NCBI GenBank assembly: GCA_002269645.1
Contig: NIVC01000436.1
Span: forward strand, 372,001-436,000
DNA: 64,000 nucleotides
Reading direction: 5' to 3'
From: Macrostomum lignano
Lineage: Eukaryota
Part shown: piece by piece, positions 22,401 through 29,033 of the stretch
Numbering within the stretch: the stretch's first letter is position 1
Layout of the letters: the number at the start of each line of letters is the position of its first letter
Program-made: the position numbers and the translations under genes
The notes under the pieces: model-generated
Told to the model about the DNA's origin: nothing
What the model saw: only the letters and a program-made list of their open reading frames with translations
Database searches by the model: none

Positions 22401-24838
22401 GTCGGGAGTCTTGGAGTTCAACTTAAGCGCAAACTTGGCACACAAACTTAGAGGCTTGAACTGAGAAAATCTCGGGCTCGAAAACAGGAGAGAAAGCCGG
22501 TTAACGGAAGGAAAGAAAGGCTTGTCTGAGCCAAGCCAGGAGAGGGGCTGCATTTATAGGGAGGATCGATTGCACCATAGCACGAAAGGCCCCCGCTGAG
22601 AGTCATAAGTGACTCTGTTGCTATTTTTAGCAACAAACAAGCGGGCCCTGCCTCAGAGGAGGCAAGGGGGGGTCCGGGCGCACGTGATCTCCCCATAAAC
22701 ACGAGCCCAGCGTACAATGATGAAATCATTGCACTTTGGACTAAAGAAGGAAGAGGGCCTTGTCATGTGACTGACTCACATGACAAGGGGAAAAGGCCCA
22801 CAAGTGAAGGCACTCGTGACCGTGGGACCGGAAAACAGGAAGGCACTCCAAATTTGGAGATGCCTGACAGAGAACGAAACAGAGGCAGGCCAGACCAAGC
22901 TGTCTGGGCACTGCAAAAAGGGAAAGCGAGACAAAAGGGGCAAACGAGGACAAACAGACAGACAGACAAACGGGCAGAGGACAGGCCAGGGACAGGCGGG
23001 AGGGACAGGCAACTGCCCAGCGGCAGACAGAAACCAGGGGAGAAGGCGAGGGCAACAGCTGACTAGTGCGGCGCCTAACTAAACTAGCGACTCACTACAG
23101 TAAAGACGTATTATATGTAGTTGCGTTGACGTGCTGAGTATACCTGCCTAATGTAACGTTTTACATCGTCAGAAACTTTAACAAACAACTGCAAGGGTGC
23201 ATTAGCTTTTTATATGTAATATCCTTTAACCATATCATAATTTATTTTTTGCCATTGCAGCTACCTCTAGTCAGCAGTGCTTTCAATACACAATACTCAA
23301 GCAGTATGCCGCATTTTAAGTACGTAATTTACACATTTTATCACGATCAGTAGATGTCTTTGTCTAATGATTATAAGTTTAAATGTCTACATACACATAT
23401 AATTAAATCAACATGCACCTAGTTCAATTGCATTTGTTTTATCATGCCCTGTATATACTAAAATTATTATTGCATCAGCACAGAGAATATCCCAGTTGTA
23501 AATTATAACTAATTTGTGATTGCACTTCTTGATGCATTACTTTGGCCTAATTGTCTATCTTTACTGGCGCGTACTCGCATGCAGCGGCAGAGCAAGCTAT
23601 TAATGCAGATGCAGGAGCAATGATTAATGTTGCCTGCTATATAAACCTTTATCTTAAAACATTTCACGATAATTAATTTGCTTTGAAATATGTCTCAATA
23701 AGAAATGAATTGTACTTTTTATGGCAGAACTGTAATTTTCAAGTCTGGAAAAATCAGGAATAAAAATATCCGGTTTTTATTCTGCATAGGAAATGTAATA
23801 ATTTTGTTATTATTTGGTAAAATGCAACCGTGAGGCAACCCGGGGGCCAACAGATAAATCTAAATAATAGATACACCGTAGGGCGTAGGCCTTAACTATG
23901 CTTTATATTTTTGCTTTCATTATCGCTAATGAGTCGTCATGCTATGCATATTTGCTTTTCAACCTATCCTCTTATACCTCTGTCAATTAAAATTGCACGC
24001 AAGGATTTACTTAAGTACTTGAAAAATGGTAATAAAATGGTGTTAATTAAGACCCTGTCTGTCTCCACATTGCATATAATAAACGTCGTATTCGGTATTC
24101 GAATCAGTATTCGTAGTAGTTTATTTATATCGGCAAAAATTCAATAATATCGCAAAAGGATAATGTCTGACCTTGGCTTCATTTTCATTACAGCTCAGTG
24201 GCTCCACCTAAAATTGTCCATGTTATGATATTTGTCTTCTCAGTGGACGCACCTTTTGCCAAGACAGCAGTACGAGCGTATAGAGATGAAACGAAATAAA
24301 TTAGGATGTAGATGGTCATTGTATCTAAGCCGCGATAGCTCAGTAGGGAGAGCGTTAGACTGAAGATCTAAAGGTCCCTGGTTCGATCCCGGGTCGCGGC
24401 AATTTTTTGTCAGTCGCGACTTGTCTGTCAACTATTTATTTTTCTCTGATGTTTTTTTAATTTGTAAAAAAATTAATTTATAAAAATTTCAACGAACTAA
24501 CTAAAGTTCACCTTTAACGCAACAGTCCATCACTTTCCGATATGTGTCGAAAGTATGTCTTTTCCTGCGATTTTTTTTACTGAAAAATATTCGAGTTACG
24601 ACTTTTACGAGTAAAACTTTTTAAGTTCAAATTTGCACACTAGCAACCAAATTCGGCATTTTCAACCAAATTTTAGCCTGACGTAATTCTTCGCTCGGAT
24701 CTGGAGCGGCCAAGCCCGTTTTCAAAGCCACACAGCCGGTTCGACGATGGAATGAAGCAGGTTCAGAGCATGTACAATTCTGAGCATTTACCGCCAATGC
24801 CCCGGCCGCCAGCAGCTGTAAAAGCCGAAGGAAACTGA
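4471..24838 (+). CDS. Intermediate-filament protein with a long (lamin/protostome-type) rod and an LMNTD1-like lamin-tail domain; about 947 aa, 14 exons
   Basis: Exons joined in phase by GT-AG: 4471-4664, 5388-5477, 5569-5757, 5836-5929, 6756-7046, 7171-8023, 8269-8404, 8778-8856, 9800-10036, 10689-10870, 11085-11257, 11836-11936, 23261-23323 (less certain; skippable in frame), 24677-24838. Coil-1A motif KEELIDLNERFHFYVRRVRQL and rod-end motif LRAELDAMRALIEEEETRL. LTD motifs IGDIKILEVNPEGKFVRVLN, QQNIGGHPIAVFRFPP, TGPECTTVVCEPSGRSIAWTT. C-terminal PPMPRPP. Confidence 0.85.
6102..6693. repeat. Intronic minisatellite, 25-33 bp unit (GAGAGGGTAGAGTCCGAGCTCCGCCATGACCAG)
   Basis: About 19 tandem variant copies in IF intron 4. 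Explains the repetitive minus-strand ORFs at 6083-6772. Confidence 0.95.
9083..9723. mobile_element. Probable hAT-type MITE with an expanded GA-rich interior
   Basis: Degenerate TIRs CAAGGGTCAACAAAC and GTTGTCCGACCCCTG, with subterminal GGGCCGGAT/GCGGGCCGCA motifs. A direct repeat CCTACAG lies at both ends, but the TSD is imperfect. Interior 9160-9610 is (GA)-rich low complexity. Confidence 0.5.
10134..10438 (+). mobile_element. tRNA-derived CORE-like SINE, full length
   Basis: 12-bp TSD TTCAACCTCAAA (10122-10133 and 10439-10450). A-box-like TAGCCTAG/AAGCCAAGTGG and B-box-like GGTTCGATTT. Central GTGTCCTTAAGCAAGACACCTAAC...CAGCTGTAAAATGG resembles the MIR/CORE domain. A second copy lies at 57870-58140. 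Confidence 0.8.
13024..14067 (-). repeat. 3' LTR (1044 bp)
   Basis: Direct repeat of 22054-23099. Preceded on the minus strand by the PPT. Confidence 0.97.
14068..14079 (-). promoter_or_regulatory. Polypurine tract (GAACGGGGAGAG)
   Basis: Purine-rich on the minus strand and directly abutting the TGTAG start of the 3' LTR. Confidence 0.8.
14470..15612 (-). CDS. Retrotransposon extra ORF (380 aa) of unknown function; possibly the distal part of an extended Pol
   Basis: ATG-started, intact 380-codon frame between integrase and the 3' UTR. Disordered Pro/Arg/Ser-rich N-half and helical C-terminal ~110 aa. No obvious signal peptide or TM segment, so not env-like. Confidence 0.65.
   Translation of the reverse strand: MRVHKLKPCSAEMHKRPLHVSSSSSSDAEQGRPSRSRRRPGTPVSPETMGIPRRPLETINRRLRAEGNGSARPTRQVDRRHHRRTPSPEPQRRNGRPLRTSAPRRSPSPVLESHAAQHPARGQRHSPEVIDLTRDSPSPDATARTLMVDRIAAALAYVQLEQQVMRGLADIRLQVRNSLPDIDGARPAARERVGSEHHGRPGGTDERGGDLDDARHPDAAPSPMSWTDDTQGAAACSSAVWTDLAASLRRTLSRAPPPSPERPAETLDTGTQTESPIPEYRATVIAAGANLISAVLVRAARQGGEIVDLGGPIWAELRQTTAEERSRLFAEAVGLAGPDLERPNRPYALHLAAVRVARFMGGGEEDLPMLLMTPRLCYFD
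16032..17200 (-). CDS. pol: Pol segment: integrase (HHCC zinc finger, DDE core, GPY/F-like tail)
   Basis: LHSSPLCGHLG...ISKCRAC (HHCC); VHCDVVGP, IHTDQGTNF and SNGQVENLN (D,D35E). Joined to the upstream segment by a 1-nt frameshift near 17212. Confidence 0.95.
17189..18612 (-). CDS. pol: Pol segment: end of RNase H, long spacer, integrase N-terminal region
   Basis: DHRALLWL...GILGRWIERLSEFRFQLHHRKGKDHANADALSR is the canonical Ty3 RNase H end. Frameshifted from the RT-RH segment at 18609-18612. Confidence 0.9.
18565..20640 (-). CDS. pol: Pol segment: aspartic protease, reverse transcriptase, RNase H
   Basis: PYVTGRLAGREVPFLLDSGS (protease DSG); RLVHDFRALN, LDLAQGFWQIPL, LPMGLHDSP and YMDDIVV (RT); LDTDASDIRIGACL and YTVTKKELLAIV (RNase H). 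Confidence 0.97.
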   Translation of the reverse strand, partial: HAREADPYVTGRLAGREVPFLLDSGSRKNFLGASTWANVRRRMPRCIISHAIPDCVTMYDGTQLPLACKVIIPVEFGDVVADTEFLVTVTDCENLLGINFMREHCQNLDFAQGMLKFNNGACIPVRYSRRELQSCRVYTSEKCTLPPRSSALLAVQLDVGHPENRGSPSIVELVKSRLHPSCNTLEAAPALMTMPEGRGYIEVVNTADCEVFLQSGIRVGVATPLRTADLMYLEETPEPEVRHLPRSPEESSTAWLEEVEINSELSEDQRQRVRDLLVECQAAFSKHLLDAGLTHLVTHEIILKDRTPVALPPRRIPPHLKDKLDALLDEMLAKHIIRPAYSSYNSPMLIVPKKDGNIRLVHDFRALNDKCVYHPYPLPHIQETFAKLRGAQWYSSLDLAQGFWQIPLRDCDQHLTAFSVIDRGQFCFNVLPMGLHDSPGSFQRCINKLLDGLTPKTALGYMDDIVVHSVTFEEQLDNLRTVLQRIIAANLKVKPKKCHLFLKELHYLGHVVTPDGLKTCEDKIAQIRDWPVPQSVTQLRQFLGLANYYHKFVNGYAGFAAPLHALTRKDIGSLRQHWTDEHQVAFDTLKKKLCSTEVLALPEFNSDPNVKFVLDTDASDIRIGACLGQRQSDGVERPIAFFSRKLRDPEKRYTVTKKELLAIVDAMRHFRHYLIGKSLKFVLTIGPCCGC
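20688..21857 (-). CDS. gag: Gag (389 aa) with CCHC zinc knuckle
   Basis: Intact ATG-TAA ORF 197 bp inside the 5' LTR. CYGCGQPGHRNAQC is a CX2CX4HX4C knuckle. Confidence 0.93.
   Translation of the reverse strand: MFNEREESRCSSRLDQHISSSRPAAASAAAAAAVNDLGQQMPRRSARSEVSEDPPDELLPGLDDLGQNIRPQDVRTMMAALQQQMERPVSKSVKIVKYTPSQDIHVWLAAFEQRCEMERIEDPIEMKQHLVASLDLATAYPALLSMHLPRYAGYEEVRQRLIERFARHGGADEYRELLRRRQQGKNESAEEYADALRTLGERAYPRMHPEDRERELADQFLAGIRTTPDLRERLYWVRPNNLLAAIRELHRLEGAKELAQRSAQPPVRMLNGERDGDPTPDATAQALLALTDLLEKQQRLLDNLVQRDQQQKTSPPSKAMICYGCGQPGHRNAQCPLRQNQGNGETESAHGNALRRAQAPATWQTPNAHQKKRMSAAQAPMPSPTVAHQ
20795..20835 (-). promoter_or_regulatory. Predicted -1 ribosomal frameshift signal (G GGA AAC plus downstream hairpin)
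   Basis: X XXY YYZ heptamer in the gag frame at 20835-20829, just after the zinc knuckle. 8-nt spacer, then GGAG-A-GCG...CGC-C-CTCC stem (20820-20795). Pol lies in the -1 frame. Confidence 0.7.
21930..22038. repeat. 31-bp tandem repeat in the retroelement leader (GACTCGTCGAATCCCAGATAGTCGTGTCGTT, about 3.5 copies)
   Basis: Seen directly. The last half-copy overlaps the distal PBS. Confidence 0.9.
22029..22052 (-). promoter_or_regulatory. Primer-binding site complementary to tRNA-Leu 3' end (interrupted)
   Basis: TGGTG-ACT-CAGCGGTGGGATTCGA starts 1 nt after the 5' LTR. The conserved metazoan tRNA-Leu(AAG/UAG) 3' end TCGAATCCCACCGCTGCCACCA would give TGGTG-G-CAGCGGTGGGATTCGA. Confidence 0.8.
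22054..23099 (-). repeat. 5' LTR (1046 bp)
   Basis: By eye it differs from the 3' LTR only by two 1-nt homopolymer length changes (G6/G7 and C3/C4). Matched ORF translations in the track are identical where they do not cross these sites. Confidence 0.97.
22552..22559 (-). promoter_or_regulatory. TATA box of the LTR promoter (CTATAAAT)
   Basis: Consensus TATA in element orientation, mid-LTR. The same motif is at 13522-13529. Confidence 0.55.
24329..24401 (+). tRNA. trnF-GAA: tRNA-Phe (anticodon GAA)
   Basis: 73-nt cloverleaf GCCGCGATAGCTCAGTAGGGAGAGCGTTAGACTGAAGATCTAAAGGTCCCTGGTTCGATCCCGGGTCGCGGCA with paired acceptor stem, A and B boxes, and anticodon loop CTGAAGA. Confidence 0.98.
24403..24408 (+). 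terminator. RNA Pol III terminator (T6)
   Basis: Run of six T immediately after the tRNA-Phe gene. Confidence 0.8.
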
Positions 24839-25480
24839 GTTGCAAAAGCGACCAAATGGTTTACAGCTATGTTCTTTGAATTTCAAAAAAAGTAGCACGA
24901 ATTTATATTTTTAAGCCGTCTTGCTGCCAGCTTTAAGTTTTACGCCGAGTTTTTTTATTTTTTATATTGTTTTCATCTACTTATAGTAGAAAAGTAATAA
25001 TAGTTGCTTTGAAATTATTCTAACCATGTGCGCACGCCAGTAGCTCGTGATTAAAGCTTTAAAAAGAACACCGTCTCCTTTTAATGCTTTTTCCAATTCT
25101 CTTACCTTAAATGATTGCCTAACTACTTAAGGATGATATATCTATATTTTGCTACTATTTTAACATTTTCAATCGGATTAACACTTAACAAATATAAGAA
25201 AAATCTGACAAGTTTTTTGCGAATCCCATGACCGAATTTGAAACTTTCAATACCGAATTCATCGTCAATATACCCATTTGCTTCTACCTTTTGCCTTTTT
25301 AAGCTGTATCGTTTTTGCAGTATGTACAGTACAAATAAAAATACAGTTACAAATTATTAAATAAATTCAGATTAAACCGTAATGTTGCTGACGTTCCAAA
25401 GTTTAGGACAAATTTTCAGTATTCGATGTACTTTTGTTTGTTAATAAATTCTAGTGCCGTAGAACATCGTGACAGTATTT

Positions 25481-25690
25481 GGCGCCGCCCTGACACTAAC
25501 TGAGAATTGGCGCCACTCTGACATAAATTAGCGCCACCCTGACCCTATTGGCGCCACTCTGACACTATTAGCGCCATGCACCCTTGACCCTATTGGCGCC
25601 ACTCTGACACTATTAGCGCCATGCACCCTTGACCCTATTGGCGCCACTCTGACACTATTAGCGCCACCCTGGCGCATTATGGCGCAACTT
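25481..25690. repeat. Minisatellite, ~21-bp GGCGCCACTCTGACACTATTA-type units
   Basis: Tandem degenerate copies seen directly. Confidence 0.85.
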
Positions 25691-25789
25691 CTGACTCTAT
25701 TATAGCGCTTCTAGTTGACACTACCGGTTGCCCCAGACACTACTAGGCACTACAAAATATCTATCTATTGGCACCCCAACACAGTAGAT

Positions 25790-26070
25790 ATTGGCGCCTC
25801 CACACCGTAGATATTGGCGCCTCCACACAGTAGATATTGGCGCCTCCACCCCGTAGATATTGGCGCCCTCACACAGTAGATATTGGCGCCCTCACACCGT
25901 AGATATTGGCGCCTCCGCACCGTAGATATTGGCGTCCTCACACCGTAGATATTGGCGCCCTCACACCGTAGATATTGGCGCCCTCACACCGTAGATATTG
26001 GCGCCCTCACACCGTAGACATTGGCGCCTCCACACCGTAGATATTGGCGCCTCCACACCGTAGATATTGT
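25790..26070. repeat. 23-bp minisatellite (ACACCGTAGATATTGGCGCCCTC, about 12 copies)
   Basis: Tandem copies seen directly. Confidence 0.95.
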
Positions 26071-26543
26071 CGATGTTTGCGCTCGCAAATTTATGCGGGT
26101 TTTACCTTTTAAAAACCCTTTCAAATTGCTAAGCGTAGTTTTAATGACAAAAGCATTTTCTTAATTTATTTTATTTTAATAAAGCAGCTGAATTCTCGCT
26201 TTAAAAGAGAATTTTCAAAGCCAAGCAAAATCCTTGTTGACTCCGCTTTTGTAGGAAGCAACAAAATCAATATTCAGGCTCAGAGCTTCTGAGATTTCAA
26301 TCGAACAAGAGAAAGAAACACGCAAAAACTGGGCGTGACAATTTTCTGAAAGCCCTGATCCACTTCTAATCTTCTTCCAGCCTTCGATATTTAATGATTG
26401 CAGAATTGCAGACTGCATGCTCAGCGTAAGAGTACACTGTAATTTCAGTACCTTGTCCATCTTATTTGCGCTTTGTTAGATGAAATCTTCTCACAGACTC
26501 GCATAACCACATTGGGAGTGAGTTTGCTAGCAATGAAGTGATC

Positions 26544-28500
26544 GTCTAGTAGCTTTGGAGTGAGTCTAGTAGCTTTGGAGGGAGTCTATAGTAGCTTTGG
26601 AGTGAGTCTATAGTAGCTTTGGAGTGAGTCTAGTAGTTTTGGAGTGAGTCTATAGTAGCTTTGGAGTGAGTCTAGTAGTTTTGGAGTGAGTCTAGTAGTT
26701 TTGGAGGGAGTCTATAGTAGCTTTGAAGTGAGTCTAGTAGTTTTGGAGGGAGTCTATAGTAGCTTTGGAGTGAGTCTATAGTAGCTTTGGAGTGAGTCTA
26801 GTAGCTTTGGAGTGAGTCTAGCAGTAGCTTTGGAGTGAGTCTAGTAGTTTTGGAGTGAGTCTAGTAGCTTTGGAGTGAGTCTATAGTAGTTTTGGAGGGA
26901 GTCTATAGTAGCTTTGGAGTGAGTCTAGTAGCTTTGGAGTGAGTCTAGTAGCTTTGGAGTGAGTCTATAGTAGCTTTGGAGTGAGTCTAGTAGCTTTGGA
27001 GTGAGTCTAGTAGCTTTGGAGTGAGTCTATAGTAGCTTTGGAGTGAGTCTAGTAGCTTTGGAGTGAGTCTATAGTAGCTTTGGAGTGAGTCTAGTAGCTT
27101 TGGAGTGAGTCTAGTAGCTTTGGAGGGAGTCTATAGTAGCTTTGGAGTGAGTCTAGTAGCTTTGGAGTGAGTCTATAGTAGCTTTGGAGTGAGTCTAGTA
27201 GCTTTGGAGTGAGTCTATAGTAGCTTTGGAGTGAGTCTAGTAGCTTTGGAGTGAGTCTAGCAGTAGCTTTGGAGTGAGTCTAGTAGTTTTGGAGGGAGTC
27301 TATAGTAGCTTTGGAGTGAGTCTATAGTAGCTTTGGAGTGAGTCTAGTAGTTTTGGAGGGAGTCTATAGTAGCTTTGGAGTGAGTCTATAGTAGCTTTGG
27401 AGTGAGTCTATAGTAGCTTTGGAGTGAGTCTAGTAGCTTTGGAGTGAGTCTAGCAGTAGCTTTGGAGTGAGTCTAGTAGTTTTGGAGGGAGTCTATAGTA
27501 GCTTTGGAGTGAGTCTATAGTAGCTTTGGAGTGAGTCTAGTAGTTTTGGAGGGAGTCTATAGTAGCTTTGGAGTGAGTCTATAGTAGCTTTGGAGTGAGT
27601 CTAGTAGCTTTGGAGTGAGTCTAGTAGTTTTGGAGGGAGTCTATAGTAGCTTTGGAGTGAGTCTATAGTAGCTTTGGAGTGAGTCTATGGTAGCTTTGGA
27701 GTGAGTCCTTAGTAGCTTTGGAGTGAGTCTAGCAGCTTTGGAGTGAGTCTATAGTAGCTTTGGAGTGAGTCTAGTAGCTTTGGAGTGAGTCTAGCAGTAG
27801 CTTTGGAGTGAGTCTAGTAGTTTTGGAGGGAGTCTATAGTAGCTTTGGAGTGAGTCTATAGTAGCTTTGGAGTGAGTCTATGGTAGCTTTGGAGGGAGTC
27901 TATAGTAGCTTTGGAGTGAGTCTATAGTAGCTTTGGAGTGAGTCTAGTAGCTTTGGAGTGAGTCTAGCAGTAGCTTTGGAGTGAGTCTAGTAGTTTTGGA
28001 GGGAGTCTATAGTAGCTTTGGAGTGAGTCTATAGTAGCTTTGGAGTGAGTCTATGGTAGCTTTGGAGGGAGTCTATAGTAGCTTTGGAGTGAGTCTATAG
28101 TAGCTTTGGAGTGAGTCTATAGTAGCTTTGGAGTGAGTCTATGGTAGCTTTGGAGTGAGTCCTTAGTAGCTTTGGAGTGAGTATAGCAGCTTTGGAGTGA
28201 GTCTATAGTAGCTTTGGAGTGAGTCTAGTAGCTTTGGAGTGAGTCTATAGTAGCTTTGGAGTGAGTCTAGTAGCTTTGGAGTGAGTCTATAGTAGCTTTG
28301 GAGTGAGTCTAGTAGCTTTGGAGTGAGTCTAGTAGCTTTGGAGTGAGTCTATAGTAGCTTTGGAGTGAGTCTATAGTAGCTTTGGAGTGAGTCTAGTAGC
28401 TTTGGAGTGAGTCTAGTAGCTTTTGAGTGAGTCTAGTAGCTTTGGAGTGAGTCTAGTAGCTTTTGAGTGAGTCTAGTAGCTTCAGAGTGAGTCTAGTAAC
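26544..28500 (+). repeat. 20/23-bp satellite (CTAGTAGCTTTGGAGTGAGT), about 90 copies
   Basis: About 2-kb tandem array that decays at its right edge. Confidence 0.97.
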
Positions 28501-29033
28501 TTCGGAGTAACTATTTTAGTAGCTTCGGAGAAACTTTTGTACTAGCGTTTCTTAGCCTGCGTTGTCCTACTTGCGTATTGGAGGAACTTCAAAACAACAA
28601 TGACTCAATACAAAAAGTAGTGCAAACTGCAACGAAAGATTGGAAGAGAAGAAACCGTCTATCGACTCACAAAATCACGCCACCAATATCGGAAGAATCC
28701 AAGAAAGTTCAGCTGCCGTTTAATCAGTCCCAGTCAAGCACCGGGTGGCGTGACCCGCCCGTCACTCGGGCAGGTCAATGTTTAACTCGACTAAACCCCA
28801 ACTGGAGAGTGGCCTGACCCGATACCGCATAATTCTCTTAGAAATGCACGTTTTCGGCTATGGAAACAAGGCAGCTGTTGGAGTCCCACGGCACCGGACA
28901 CCTACTTGTGTTATTCGGTTGCGAAGGCTATAAATTGGCGAAGGATTGGCGGGATTCTGATTCTGTACACTGCAATTACTTTCAACACCTTCAAGTGTTC
29001 TATAGCGACAGATCCTACCCATTGACTTCTAGA

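Larger units (their letters stand above)
13024..23099 (-). mobile_element. Full-length Ty3/Gypsy LTR retrotransposon (10,076 bp), antisense in IF-gene intron 12
   Basis: Two ~1045-bp LTRs with TG...CA ends and a 4-bp TSD GTAA (13020-13023 and 23100-23103). PBS and PPT present. gag with a CCHC knuckle, then domain order PR-RT-RNaseH-IN. Confidence 0.97.

Noticed and set aside
24627-24845. Minus-strand ORF with a signal-peptide-like start (LRLLQLLAAGALAVNAQNCTC)
   Set aside because: No ATG (TTG start, in-frame TAA just upstream). It is antisense to the plus-strand terminal IF exon 24677-24838, which has a good acceptor and a PPMPRPP tail.
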